A DNA stretch of 64,000 bases, from NCBI GenBank assembly GCA_963693365.1, contig CAVNZM010000006.1:7791264-7855263 (forward strand). The letters are read 5' to 3'. The notes beneath the pieces are model-generated. The model saw only the letters and a list, made by a program, of their open reading frames with translations, was not told the DNA's origin and did not search any database. A program made the translations under genes and the position numbers. The first letter of the stretch is position 1. Each line of letters starts with the position of its first letter. Source of the stretch: Amoebidium appalachense. Taxonomy: Eukaryota; Protista; Ichthyosporea. Positions 1 to 16,254 of the stretch are shown here, piece after piece.

Positions 1-459
1 TGTTGGGTAGTTTTTTATTTATGTGATGATGTCGCGTGTTTTGTTGTTTGTTGTTGTCTCCATATTCCTAATCCTCAAAGGCAAACCCTCCCCCCCCCCC
101 CCCCCCCCCCCCCCGGCCCCCCGTGCCGCAATTCTCCTAAGCAGGCTAGGATTGATGTTTTTTAGCAGTGGTTTTTGCTGAAAGGTCTGAAATCTGCTTT
201 GTTTAGGAAGGAATGCAAGCAAAAGATAAGCTCCCTTGCTCCGCCCCCCCCCCCCCCCCCCCCCCCCCGACAGCATAAAGAGTCGAAACCCATGCTTTTG
301 TGGAGGCATAGCAACCCCCCTGATGATGGGCTCTGTTCAAGTGTCTTCTGCCTGCACGCTTCATTGATTTTGGGTTTCTCTTTTTTGTGACGTTTTTGTT
401 GTTGCTTTTTGTTGTCTCCTCCATATTTCCAACTCTAACGCATACATCCACACACACAC

Positions 460-497
<38 letters not shown>

Positions 498-640
498 TTC
501 TCCTAACCAGGCTAATGTTGATGTGTTTTAGCGGTGGTTTTTGCTCAAAGGTCTGAAATCTGTTTTGTATAGAGAGGATTGAAAGCGAAAGATAATCTCC
601 CTCCCTCCGTCCCCCCCCCCCCCCCCCCCTCCCCCCGCTG
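1..640 (+). repeat. Diverged tandem duplication (~350-370-bp offset) containing dispersed repeat module A, in a PLD intron
   Basis: Positions ~25-240 recur at ~385-605 (ttgttgtctc..catatt; tcctaa.caggcta...gtggtttttgct.aaaggtctgaaatctg). Positions 276-443 match the reverse complement of 7127-7300. Confidence 0.85.
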
Positions 641-917
641 TTTCCTGCCCGCCGCACGCGCACGCTTACTGACTCGCATAAAGTAGTGTGTTTTGGGGTA
701 AATCCTTAAAACACTAAGGTACTATATCGGTATTATACCTTTAAAATTTAAATAATCATTCCTCCATTCTGCAAGGCAAACGCCCACTGAACCCGGTATT
801 ATTCCTGCATTTTTTCCGAAGATAACATCCAGTGTTCTTTTCCTTTTCAATTATGTCACTCTTTCTTTTCATGAGGGTAATCCACACCACCCCCGTTTCT
901 AACCCTAAAAATTTCAG

Positions 918-3283
<2,366 letters not shown>

Positions 3284-3435
3284 TTGCAAATATGCAGACA
3301 GTGAAAAAAAAGAAGACCAAATGGTATTCAAGCATGTTACCCTATATGTATATACCAAAACAACCAAAAAAGCAGGAATATCCTTTTTTGCGCTTCAAGC
3401 GTGCAATATCCTGTAAACTCCCAAGTCTTAGGTAC

Positions 3436-3466
<31 letters not shown>

Positions 3467-4003
3467 GCCCTTTTTTCACATCACATTCACGTATGATTAT
3501 TTCTTTTCCGCCGTGATGTGGCATTGCGGATACTATTCGGAACTGACGGGTTTCTAGAAACAGACCGTATTCGACATGTATTGTTACATAGTCAGCGGCT
3601 ATCGGTCTGTATTCATATAGTATTCTTCGGCGTTCGACCGGTATTCAGAGATATTCACAAAATATTCCGGGTTGAGATATATATATACTCGTCAGCATTT
3701 CGCTTGTATTCAGAAGTCTCTGTTTGGACTTTTGCGGTTATATTGGATCAAGATGTGACAAGGGTTAGGGAATGAATGTCTCCGGGTTTTGTTTTTGCGG
3801 TGTGTGCCTTACTTATTTACATCTGCTTGTGTATACGTAGATATACAAATTCTAATATTTTTATAATATTGCGTAGGAGGCCTGGGCTTGCAGCGTGTAC
3901 CACTAAGACGGTAATGATGAACTTTCGTTTTGATATCTTTTTTCCTTCTTTTTTCTTTCTCTCAGTCCCTTCTAATCTTTTTGCGTGGGTGGGGGGAGGG
4001 GGG

Positions 4004-4043
<40 letters not shown>

Positions 4044-5648
4044 AGTCCAAGGGCACATCTAAATATGTTTTGGGGGCAGGCTCCTTTGCCTCCCTGTGAC
4101 AACTCGTTGATTCTGCTTGTAACATCTTTTCTTCCCATATTTATTTTCTATGCTCCCTTTCTCCTGAATCGACTTCTGAAGCATATACAAGTAGTTCAAC
4201 TGTGACCTCTTAATTAAAACTTTTTGGCAGGCAAATAAAGTGGGTGGTGGATCGGAACACACACTGAGTCTATGTTCAAATCGAGGCCTGGTACACAATC
4301 AATTAATAAATTAATGTTCCCGTAACGAAATGCTTGCAATTGTCACATAAACGTGTATAGAAAAGTGTCCGGCTAAGCTGCAAAGCACATATAAGGAGGT
4401 CACGCACGCACGGACACGCACGGACACACATGCACACAGCCGTACTTTGAGGCGCATACACACACACATGCACACACGTGGCACACACACACACACACAC
4501 ACACACATCAACTTGTCACGACAGTGCTAGTATCAAAACCGTGATTGAGCGTACACGTGCGACCATACGTGAAAAGAAAAATGCAATGGGCTTCAGCCTG
4601 CAAGAATGATATTCTTACCGGTTCGCTTTTCTTTTCTTTCAAACTTTCTTTCTTTTGTCTTTTAGACACGAGCAATTACATGGCCGGAGGGAGGATCGGA
4701 GGGGGGAGGGGGGAGGGGGGCGGGGAGGGGGAGGGGGGGGGGAGGGGGGGATGGTTGGGGCGAAATTACAAAGCCTTGAATGATAATATGGCCGAATACA
4801 TCATCACAATAGGCAGTAAAGCAATACACAGAATGAACACTCGTAAACAACAGTTTGATGACATGACATGTGTGCACGTGGTGATGGTGGTGGTGGGCCG
4901 GGTAGTGGCGGTGGTGGTAATCCCCTCCCCCCTCCCCCCCTCCCCCCCCCCCCCCTCAGTGATGACATGTGTGGCGATGGTGGTGGTGGGTACATAGAGG
5001 TGGTAGTGCGGCTAATCCCGTCCCCCCTCTCCCCCCTCCCCCCCAAAAAAGAAAACACCACATACCCCCCCCCCCCCCCCCCCCCCCCCACCCCCCTCCT
5101 CTCGGGCCTTCGCTTCTCCTAAGTACCTCACTGATAGACCTTCCACAGCTAAAAAAAAGACACGAACACAAACATAGCAACACTCGTACAGCCCCCCCTC
5201 CGGAGAAAAGGTGATGGCTGTGATAGTGGTGGTGGAAGACCAAGTGAGGGAAGGGGGGGGGGGGAGGGGGGGGGGGGGACCCAATACATGCAAACATCAC
5301 TTTATGTTATGTGCATGTGCACACCGATAACAGTAAACCTGCACTCTTAACCAGTACTACAAACTTGCCAAGACAAAAGGAGCCAGATAATAGCCAGGCT
5401 AAATCCATGACACAGAACGGTAGGACGAAGCGGGAATTCCGCATCACAATTTCCGGTATTTATTTGCGCAATTTTGTAATCTAGCGATTACATTCTGAAA
5501 TCTCACATACGGTGGGGTGTCAATAACATAAAAAAGACAGACGTAACTCTAGCTACATGTGTTGTTAAGTGCTCGCTATGTGCAGATGGTGTGAGTTTTC
5601 CACATGCGATGGTTTGCATTTGGATAACCGGGTGATATTCGAATTTTC

Positions 5649-6218
5649 TTAGATAAGCTTCTTGGACTGGAAGAATTTCTTCAAGTAGTAAACCTGTGAA
5701 GGGTTGAGATAGTGTCAGTAATCAAAATGTCTCCCCCCCCCCCCCCTAACACAGACCACACACTCACACGCACGAACGGGCGCGCGCGTGCACACACAAA
5801 CACACACACACACACACACAGACGCACGCACGCACGCACGCACACACGTGAAGAAAAAAACGGGGGAGGAGGAGGGGGAGGGGGGGGGGGGGGGGGAGGG
5901 GGGGGGAAAGAAAAAACCCTCACGTAAACACAACCACCTAACCCCCCTCCTCCCCCCCCCCCCCCCCCCTCCCCTCCCACCACCACCACCTCCCTTCCCG
6001 CAACACTTAACAAAAAGAAAAAAGTTAACCCGAGCCCATGGGCCCTTCCCACCTCCCACCCCCTTCTTCTTCTCTTTGGCAAACAAAAAAACCTACAGCC
6101 CAGTCTTTTTAGGTTCTGTACATGCCAGCAAGTGTCAAACAGTTCACGTGTCCACACGCCGGGCCAGCAACACCACGCACAAGTTCACACACGCGCGCGC
6201 GCGCTTGCATGCAGGATA

Positions 6219-6283
<65 letters not shown>

Positions 6284-6304
6284 CGCACACACGCACACAC
6301 GCAC

Positions 6305-6370
<66 letters not shown>

Positions 6371-6644
6371 GAACACCCACCTGCCACGCTGCCAGGCCAC
6401 ACAAGCAGAACATGGAAAACATGCTGAAGTAGAGCACTCGCGCATTGGTGGACTCTGCAATGGGTTAAAGTTAGCACACGGAAAACCCTTTGCAATTAGT
6501 CTTACAGTTCAATTGTTTTTTTTTGTTTTTTTTTGGGGGGGGGGGGGGGGGGGGGGGGGAGGGGGGGGGGGGGTGGGTTTCAGCTGCAACCCGATCAGGA
6601 CAGCCTCGTGAGACAATGAAGGGCCCAATAAAACGTCAGACTGC

Positions 6645-6677
<33 letters not shown>

Positions 6678-7938
6678 AACACACACACACTCCCTCTTCT
6701 CTCTCTTTCCCCCTCCTCTCGCCAAGGTGTTTCTTTTTCAAGGCAACCCGACACAAACACAGGCAAAGGCATATGCAGTTCCCTTGGACACACACATGTG
6801 AGCACACAAATCCCCCCCCCCCCCCCCTCCCCCCTCCCCCTCCCCCCGCCCGCTCACCCACCCAACCCATATCTTCCCCCTCACTCACTACCTGCATTCA
6901 TTCCCTGAATCCCCCAGCGTCAGTCCCGCTAGTCTGGCATCCTAAAACTCATAGTAACCTTGCTTGTGACTCCTGTTTTGCTTACCAATCCCCCCCCCCC
7001 CCCCCCCCCCCCCGCCCCCGCGCGGAGATGCAATAAAGGCGCAAGAGTACATGCAACCTAACAAATAAGACACACGGGGCGGGGGGAGAGGGGGGAGGGA
7101 GGGGGGGGGGGGGGGGGGGGAGTGATGCATGCGTGAGAGGGTTGGAAATATGGAGGAGACAACAAAGAGCACAACAAAACGTCACAAACGTGGGAAATCC
7201 AAAATCAAACAATTAAGCGTGCAGGCAGAAGACACTTGAATAGACCCCATCATCAGGGGGGTTCCTATGCCTCCCAAAAGCATGGGTTTCGACTCTTTAA
7301 CCTCTCGCGCGTGGTTCCGAACCCATATTTTGTTTCAACAGCAATAGGCGAGTCCACCCGGGAAAGGGGGGGGGGGGGGGGGGGGGGGGGGGGTTTACCA
7401 TTCGTGTCGCGCATCTCTGCTTCTCTTTGCTTCATGTACGCCATGTCGTTGGCGATGCTGCATGACAAGGAATGGTCAGAACAGTGTGTTACAGATAGAA
7501 AGGGCGTAGGTGCTGTTTGTTCGGCCAATCTTCTTCATCGCAAACAGAAAAAAAATGGCTTTTCGAAGGTGTTCGGGAAGTAGGTGATCACAGAGAAACG
7601 CAAGAAGGCAGATAACCACCGCGTGTGTGTGTATGTATGTGTGTGTGTGTGTGTGTGTGTGTGAGTGTGTGTGTGTGTATGTCTGTGCTTGTGTGTGTGT
7701 GTATGTGTGTGGGAATGAATGTTGGGGAGGCAGAGGCAGAGAGGGTTAGGGGGTGGGGGGGGTTGAATGCGTCATAAAGTACGAAGTACACAAGAACAAC
7801 TGATAACACGATGCAGAGTGCAAACCACACATAAGAGTATGCATAATAAGCAGAGTCCATCCTCAAGGGGGGGACCCACGTCATCCACGGGGAATGAAAG
7901 CGATATTGGCTCAGCAGATGGAGAAAAAAAGTGACATG

Positions 7939-8006
<68 letters not shown>

Positions 8007-8570
8007 CGTCCTCAGGCGAAGGTGTAGATGTGTGTGTCTCTGTGCCTGTGTATCCATGGGTGTGTGAGAGGGTGTATTTATATGTGCTTAGCACCCCCTC
8101 AAGAAGTTAGAGTTGTGCATGTGCTGTCGCGTATTTGCGTGTATGGCTGTCCATGTATGCGTACCATTCGTCGTGTGCTAATGTGTGTGTGTGTTTTGTG
8201 TGTGTGTGTGTGTTTTGTGTGTGTGGTTGTGGTGTGTGTGTGTGTGTGTGCGCGCGCACGATAGCAACGGTTTGTATGTGTGTGTGTGTGTGTGATGTGT
8301 GTGTGTGCCCCGGCGCGCTCGTTTTAGGGGGAGAAAGACAGAGGGCGCAAGAGAAGGGTCTGTGTGTTGGGAAGCGTTATTTATTTTATTATTTATTTTG
8401 TTTGTATGTTTGCTTACTAAACACAAACACACATACACGCGCGCACACACACACACAGACACAGAAATACACAAAAATCAAGGCACGCACACGTGCATGT
8501 TGCTTGTGCAGTGAGAAGGAGAGAGAGAAAGAAGAACACGGGGAAAGAGGGAGAGAGAAGGGAACAAGAA

Positions 8571-8609
<39 letters not shown>

Positions 8610-9548
8610 AGGAGCGACAGAGGCCAGTAAGAGAGTGTGTGTATGTGTGTATGCATGCGTATGCCCGTGTGTCCGTGTTCGTGTGCGTGTGTATCCGTGT
8701 CTTGTGTGTATGTGTGTTTTTGTGTCTGCTCCTGTGTATATGTGCATGTGTGTGTATGTCTGTGCTCGTGTGTATGTGTGTGTGCAGGCGCGTGTGTCCG
8801 TGTCCGTGTGTGTGTGTGTGTATGTGTGCTTTTATGTGTCTATGCCCGTGTATGTGCATGTCTGTGTTTGTCTGTGCTCGTGCACGTGCCCGTACTCGTG
8901 TGTGCGCGCGTCTGTGTGTCTGTGCACCTGTGTCTGTCTGCCTGTGTGCGTGTCCGCACGTATGTGTCTTTGTGTGCGTGTGTGCGTATGTGTGTGTGTG
9001 TGTGTGTGTGTCTGTGTGTGTGTCTGTGTGTCTCAGTCTGTGTGTGTATGTGTGTGTGCATGTCTGCTTGCCTGTGTGTGTCAGTCGGTGTTTCTGCGTA
9101 TGTGTCTTTCTGCCTGTCCCTGTGTGCGCATGTGTGTGTGTGTGTGTGTGTTTGTGTGTGTGTATTTGTCAAGCACACGTACGACTCAGCCAGTTCCTCC
9201 AGCTTGCGCAGTTCCAGCTCGAGGGGCTGCAGCTTCTCTGCCTCCTGAATCTGGTCGTAGTCTTTGGCCTCAATGCCCGTACGCAGGTTAAGCGTGCATT
9301 CGTGCTTCGTGAGCGGCGAACCTGGTTCGTAAATGGGTTAATAAATGCAACTCTCTCCAAAATGTGAATATTTGTCAAGCTTGCCATAACCCTCCATAGG
9401 TTAAGAGTACAATCGTGCTTCGTCAAAAGTAAACCTGGTTCGATAAAGGGTTAACAAAAATGCAACTCTCTCTGACCTTCTTTGTGTGTGTGGATTGAGA
9501 CTCCCCTTGAATCTTCTAGACATGTGTAAGAGATAGGTACCAGGGGTA

Positions 9549-9630
<82 letters not shown>

Positions 9631-10224
9631 TTTTGGAGAGGGCGGGGGGGTGGGGAGGGGAGGGGACACAGTGAGTTGCAACGGGAATGTGAGTGTGTAG
9701 CCGGCAAACAGCGTGAATGTGGATGTGTACGGGCAAAAACCACACGGCGAGGTCGAGAAATTTACCGTGGGCACATGCTTTTGATTGTATGTGTGTTTTT
9801 GTGCCCAGATACAACAACAGAATGGTGTGAAGGCGCATGCATGTCATGCATAGTTGAACGAAAAACCATGCAGACACGTCAGACATTCTGATTAATTAGC
9901 ATAATACCTTGCTTGATCTCCGAACTGAAGCAAATCTCATAATTGCCCTTTGTGTCAGCGGTGAACACGAGGGGTCCCTCCTGTGTGTTGTCCTTCTTGA
10001 ACGGTGTGTGGCCCTGCTCATCCTGGACCTTGATGTTAATCTGCTGGTTCTCAACTGTGGACACCTTGTAATCGCCCTTGACAAGCGCATCCTTTGCGAG
10101 TGATTGGCGGAGGCATCTTGTTGAGCCTAAAACAAGATGATATGTGTATTAGAGAAGCGTCGACAACGTGGAGGGAGAGAAACAAGGAGGACAGGAGGCT
10201 GATGCACTGGAAAGCGCGCGTGCG

Positions 10225-10255
<31 letters not shown>

Positions 10256-11205
10256 AGCAAGGGCACATGCGGGCCAACACAAAAGAGTGTGAGTGTGAGT
10301 GTGAGTGTGTGTCTGTGAGCGTGTTTGTGTGTCTGTGTGTGTGTTTGACACAAAGCAGATAAGAACAGAAACAGACACACACACACGCATATGGAGAGAC
10401 AGGGAGAGAGAGACACACACAGAGGTAGGGAAAGAGGCCAACAAAACATACACAAAACCCACACCCACACACACTCACACACGTGGAAAGAGACCTATGA
10501 ACATCATACACACAAACACAGAAAAGAAACACACACACAAGCACAACTTCTACACCTACAGCCACCCACACCCAGCCACACACAGGTGCACGACCACGAG
10601 CACGTGCATGCATGCACACACACACACCATACCCCCCCTCCCCGCCCCCCCTGTGGACAGGTACTTAACAGAGCTTACAATTGCAAGTTTTTGCACAAGC
10701 CTTCCCACTTCCCCCCCGGTCCCCCCCCCCCCCCCCCCCCCCTCTCCCCCCCCCCCCTCTCCCCCCCCCCCCCCCCCCTTCCGGGAGCCGATCACACAGA
10801 CGGACACACACACACACACACTTCCCAGAACTTCAGTTCCCCATGTATTCCTTTCAACTCTCCCGAGACTTTCAAGCCCATGCGTACATACCAAACATAA
10901 AGCTACCAAGCTTTGGTGCACACCAGCACAGCAGCACTGTAATTCTGCCTTGTCATGTCGTCCGGGCAAGCCAGCCCGATCACCCACGCACACTCGATGC
11001 CCTTGTACCTTACCAACCCTTAAAACAGGACGTGCCACGCGTGAGGTCACACTTGCATGTAAGCAAGTCCTTTGCTCGGACATATCACAGGCCTGGTGCT
11101 TGCTATGTTATACCCAAGTCACCCACCTGCTTCAAGCTCGAAGGAGACACCGTAGACGGAGGGCAGGCACGCCACGGCCACCGCCACAGCAAGTAATTGC
11201 CTCAT
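5649..11205 (-). CDS. TMED10: p24 family cargo receptor, delta subfamily (TMP21/Erv25), ~204 aa
   Basis: Six exons: 11205-11127, 10126-9908, 9321-9183, 7457-7399, 6454-6381, 5693-5649 (615 nt, phases consistent). Signal peptide [23 protein letters not shown] domain (RCLRQSL...YEICF), coiled coil [58 protein letters not shown], transmembrane helix, and tail [14 protein letters not shown] carrying FF and KKxx motifs. Confidence 0.95.
7127..7300 (-). repeat. Dispersed repeat module A, in TMED10 intron 4
   Basis: Reverse complement reads taaagagtcgaaacccatgcttttgggaggcataggaacccccctgatgatggggtctattcaagtgtcttctgcctgcacgctt..., as at 276-443. Confidence 0.88.
7775..7890 (-). repeat. Dispersed repeat module B, in TMED10 intron 3
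   Basis: Reverse complement gtggatgacgtg..ccc..aggatggactctgcttattatgcatactc..gtggtttgcactctgcat..tgtacttcgta also occurs at ~13680-13765 and ~15140-15380. Confidence 0.8.
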
Positions 11206-11794
11206 TTTATAGTGTAAAAAAAAGGTAGATAGTGTTTGCAGGTATGGCTATAAACCAATTGCGCCACCTAATTCCTACGGTAAACTAGGTGTTCCTTTAA
11301 CCCTGAGATGCACTCCTAACTCCCCTTTCTAAACAAAGACTTGAAACACAGGCTGTGGCATTTTGGTCCGCCGTGTTAGGAAAAAATTGGTTAAATCGTG
11401 CATGTGACTAAACTCCTAGAAACGCCAATGAAACACATTTACTGATTTAAAAATGGCTCTACAAATAGTAATATTTTTTGTTGTTATTATTTAAATTATG
11501 TGATTGGGTACTGAATGCCTAATGTGTTGCCGCGATCAAGCCGCAGTTCGCAAGTAAAAGTTGACGAGGTGCGGTCCTCGGTATAAGTGTTGGCTAAACG
11601 GTATATGCTTGATAAACAATGCTAACCTAATAAATGGTTGAATCTATACTTTTGTAAACCTATACGTTGTAGGCCGCGGTCCGATATAGTAAACCAGGTG
11701 GTGAGAAGAAAGAAAAATAGCAAGCTTTTCCTTATCGTTGGGAAAGAGAGGGAAACTTTATAACGTTAGAACTAAGGGATTTTTAAAACGCAAG
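11206..11794. promoter_or_regulatory. Probable bidirectional promoter between TMED10 and the POLE4-like gene
   Basis: Divergent ATGs are ~590 bp apart, and the interval lacks the homopolymer and microsatellite tracts seen in introns. Confidence 0.5.
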
Positions 11795-13134
11795 ATGGTT
11801 AGGTATCAAGCTTCCAACGAGACGCAGCTCCCTGGTGAGTGAAGTTCTGGTTGTTTGTGAGGGTGTGCAATGTGCTGATTCGTAAACGGTGCTTGTTTTG
11901 GGTGGATGGGAGAGTGTGAGGGAGGGAGCGAGGGAGGGAGGGTGAGGGCAGGGGAGGGAAGGGAGGGGAACGAGGGTTAGCTGGGAAATCAAAGCATTCG
12001 GTGGTTGAATGGGCCTGAACGCGGAGGGGACATCATCCGTTTTTGCTCTTCAGAGTTATGGTTGGCATAGGCAGGCGCAAGGAGAGCTGTTACCCAACAA
12101 TGAGAAGTCACACATAGCTCCTCCCCTCCCCCCTCTCCCCCCCGCCCCCCGTTTCCCCTCCTCCTCCTCCGCCACATCACATGTTTCACAAGTAAGTAGA
12201 GTGTCAGCTGTTGACCAAAGGTTGTCTTTGTTATTCTCCTGACACCAAGTTTTTGTGCAGTGTCCCGCATCAAGAAAATCATGAAGAAAGATTCGGAGGT
12301 GTGCATGTTGAGCGCTGATGCAGCATTCATCATGGCTAAGGCTACGGTACGTTTAGTCTTTAGAGCAGGTCGAGAAACAACATCTGGTGTCTGTTTTTTT
12401 TAAGCTTGTGGCCTCGTGTCAACTGTCTATATCCGGGCTCTCTTCGCCTGAAACCCCCCCGTCTTCCCCCCCCCCCCCCCCCCCCTCCTCCTTCCCCCCT
12501 CCTCCTTCTCCAGCATGCTCTTAAGGTCCTTGTTCCACACCTCCCGCCTCCCTCCCCTCCCCCTCCCCCCTCTGTTACCCCCCCCCCCCTCTCCCCCCGA
12601 TTCTTTCTCCACGACCACCACAATTAGGTTGGTTTTCCCCTCGAGGCACACTTTGGTGTTTCTCCATATGTGTCAAGTTGAGGAAGCTCACGCCAAGAAC
12701 ATCATGTTGCTGTGGAGTGCTGGACTCGGTTTTTTCCCTCCTGGTAGCCTGACCAGGCCCTCAAAACAGGAGCTGTTCTTGATATATACGGCGGAGAAGT
12801 CACACACCCAGGCCGTCAAGAAGAAGCGCAAGACCGTGCAGGGCAAGGATATCGGTGGGTTCCCTTGCAACCCCACTGGATTGACACATTTCCCCTTTTG
12901 TTTTATAAACTGTGTTGAAGCAGGGGGGCTGTTTGGGGGGAGATGGGTTGGGGGGGGGGGGGGGGGGGGGGAGGGAGGGGGGGCATGTGCGAGCATGTGT
13001 GGGTGTGGGTGTGTGTGAGCATGGTGGTATATGTGTGTGTGGGTCCTCAGAGGATGTGTGGGTGGGAGGGGCTAGGGGAGGGGGGGGGGGAGAGGAGGGG
13101 GTGTGAAGCAGGTGTGTGTGTGCATATGTGCATG

Positions 13135-13185
<51 letters not shown>

Positions 13186-13274
13186 ATGTGTTGGTGGTGA
13201 TAATAGTGTGTATGTGCGTGCGGGTTTTTCTTTTTGTGTATACATTGGGAGGAAGGGGGGGGGGGGGGGGGGGG

Positions 13275-13337
<63 letters not shown>

Positions 13338-14074
13338 CAGAGATGCAGGTGCGTTTCACATAGTTTTTCCAATGCCTAAAATCATGGTGTTGAACGGGGG
13401 CGGTATAAGCATTGTGATACATACTTAACTGACATGTATGTATCCACAGAGGGCCTGGTAACATCAGTCGACAACCTCCAGTTTTTGGATGGTATTAACA
13501 TCTCCCCCCCCCCCCCCCATGTGTTGCCCCGCTGTCTCCCTGTCCTTTGATGTCTCCTCCTCCATAATTCCACCCCTTTTATGCACACACACACACCCCT
13601 TTCCGCCCATGTTAAAGTAAGGCAGTGTCTGAGTTGGGTTTCGTCGTTGTGGTGAATGGGTCGAAACTTGGGTACTGCCGCGGATGTGTCCCCCCCTGCC
13701 CCCAAGGATGGACTCTGCTTATAATGCATACTCTCTCTCTCTGTGCGTTGCAATCTGCATGTGTTGTTCCCCCCCACCCACCCCCCCCACCTCCTCTCGC
13801 GGATGTTTTGTGTTTGCCTTCATGTTTCCCGCCCTTATGTTATCCATCATCTGCCCCCCCCCCCCCCCCCCCCTCCCGCCCCACCCCAGGCGTGAAACGT
13901 GTAACCGCACTGTGTGTGTGTGTGTGTGTGTTTTTGTTTGGGGGGTGGGGGGGGATGCCTGCAGAAGGAAAATACTCGGGTATTCACTCACACTTAGCTG
14001 GGTGTTTTGGTACCCATCTGTTTGTGTATGAAATAGGGGTGCAGGAGTCTTTTTTTTTGTTTTGTTTTTTTTTT

Positions 14075-14170
<96 letters not shown>

Positions 14171-14403
14171 AGGACGGGGGAGGGGGGAGGGATTAACTTC
14201 TTCATAAGGTTGATAGAGCATGTGAGGTGCATGAATGCGAGTGTTTTTTTTTTTTTCTTTTTTCTTTTTTGTGGGGGGGAAGGGGGGGGGGGGGGGGGGG
14301 GGGGGGGGTGATCACTGTAGTGGGTTTGAGACACATTGGTTCTCTTTGGTGTGATAGAATGTCTAATCGTGTATGTTTGTTTGCAGGTCTCCCCCTGGAA
14401 TGA
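11795..14403 (+). CDS. POLE4: H2A-like histone-fold protein, DNA polymerase epsilon subunit 4-like (POLE4/CHRAC1/NF-YC family), ~89 aa
   Basis: Exons 11795-11834, 12261-12346, 12770-12854, 13450-13491 and 14387-14403 give MVRYQASNETQLPVSRIKKIMKKDSEVCMLSADAAFIMAKATELFLIYTAEKSHTQAVKKKRKTVQGKDIEGLVTSVDNLQFLDGLPLE*. The family is secure. POLE4 rather than CHRAC1 is inferred from the short length and the KRKT...FL(D/E)G ending. Confidence 0.75.
13630..13770 (+). repeat. Dispersed repeat module B, in intron 4 of the POLE4-like gene
   Basis: gagttgg..tttcgtcg..atgggtcgaaacttgggtact is shared with 15091-15134; aggatggactctgcttat.atgcatactct is shared with the 7775-7890 copy. Confidence 0.8.
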
Positions 14404-14704
14404 ACGTGGAACCAAACATAAAAAATTCACGGAACTTTTCGGCCGACAAAGGCATATGTACGGCCCAAGGCAATTTCGTGTTGTTTGAATGATGTGCCTG
14501 TTTAGGCTGTGATTTGCTTCCGGTTTGGTTGGTTTTGGGTTTTCTGGTAAAATTTACACATTTTTGACTTACGTAACAGATTATGATTAGCTGGTGTGGC
14601 TACTTGCGCTGTTTTGGGCAGCGGGCTTAATTTTCGATACTATGTTCACTCGAAATAGTACGTGCTTATGGAAATTGTAACCAGAGTGTGAACTGTTGTC
14701 ACAG

Positions 14705-14870
14705 TGGGAATGCACAGTACTTTTGTGTGAATACACAGTACTTTTGTGTGAATACACAGTACTTGTGTATGAATGCACAGTAGTTTTGTGGGAATACACA
14801 GATTTCTGTGGGAATACGCAGTACTTGTGTATGAATGCACAGTACTTTTGTGGGAATACACAGTACTTTT
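14705..14870. repeat. Minisatellite, ~21-bp unit, ~8 copies
   Basis: Tandem variants of gaatacacagtacttttgtgt. Confidence 0.9.
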
Positions 14871-15089
14871 CACCTAAATACACAGCCAGCGTGTGTTGGT
14901 TCTTGTGGCAGTTGTGTGTGAGTGTGTGTGCTGCACATCTTTGATAATGCGCGTGCATCAATTTGGCAACCAGGTGACAAAATATTGCCAGAGTTTGACA
15001 TACATAAAGGGTATAATACCGTTGTTTCTTCTGCCATATAAAGCTATCTAGTCCCAGTGGTACACCAATGCTTTGCAATGCTTAGTATT

Positions 15090-15262
15090 TGAGTTGGTGT
15101 TTCGTCGACGATGATGGGTCGAAACTTGGGTACTAGTACTGTGGATGACGTGCCCCCCCCCCCCCCCACGCTGATGTTGCATACTTGAATGTTTGCCTTT
15201 GCATGTGTCCTGCACCATGCTTCTCATCGTGTATGTGTACTTCGTACCGTGTTCCGCTTTCA

Positions 15263-15299
<37 letters not shown>

Positions 15300-15451
15300 A
15301 GCATAGGCTCTGCTTGTTATGCATGCTCATTGTGTGGTTTGTACTCTGCCTTGTGTTGTTTGTTATGAATTTGTACTCCGTTCTCTGCAACACATGCTAA
15401 CCCCCTACCACCTACTGAGGCGGTGTGGTGTCTCCCTTTTCTTTCTTTCTT

Positions 15452-15486
<35 letters not shown>

Positions 15487-15715
15487 AAAACTGAATTATA
15501 TCTGGAACCCCGCAGAAATATTCTGTTCAAGTGTCTGAGTTCTACCTGCAGGTTTCACTTTCTTTTCTTTTTTCTTTCTTTCGATTCTTTCTTTCTTTCT
15601 TCTTCTTCTTCTTCTTTTTGTACCCTGTGATTTCTATTTTTGTGACGTTTTGTGTTTACATGTATTTTGATGTCGCGGTGATTCCAATTGCAACCCTCTA
15701 GAGCACATGCGCGCA
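15090..15715 (+). repeat. Composite copy of the dispersed repeat family (module B followed by degenerate module A)
   Basis: Module B motifs at 15091-15380, followed by tctgttcaagtgtct..tct.cctgca and tttttgtgacgttttg. Confidence 0.7.
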
Positions 15716-15791
15716 TACCGTATGATATCAATCGGCCTTCCCCTCCCCATCCCCAATCCCAAAGAACCCAATCAGATAACATAGTTTTGAA

Positions 15792-15828
<37 letters not shown>

Positions 15829-15899
15829 AGGGGAGGTCACATGCTGAGCTGCAGGCATATCACCGTGAGGATTTTCGGAGTGAAGAGGGGCATCCGGAC

Positions 15900-15947
<48 letters not shown>

Positions 15948-16095
15948 GGCCCAAACTTTGAAAAAAACATCCCGATCTCGAGGATTGGATACTTGGTAAT
16001 CCTGAAGCTTGAGTCACGTGGGTAGTAGAAGGTTTTAAGGCTCGTGTACGTGCGTCTCTGTGCATGTGTGCGTGTGTGGTGGTGGTGGTGGTGAA

Positions 16096-16137
<42 letters not shown>

Positions 16138-16217
16138 ATAGTAGAAGATTTGGGGCTCACAGGGAAGGAGGGGATCCGATGGGGAAGGATGCTTATGGGG
16201 AACGGGGTCGATATCCG

Positions 16218-16254
<37 letters not shown>

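Noticed and set aside
315-370. C/D snoRNA suggested by TGATGA in repeat module A
   Set aside because: No well-placed terminal CTGA D box or terminal stem, and the motif is not kept in all copies.
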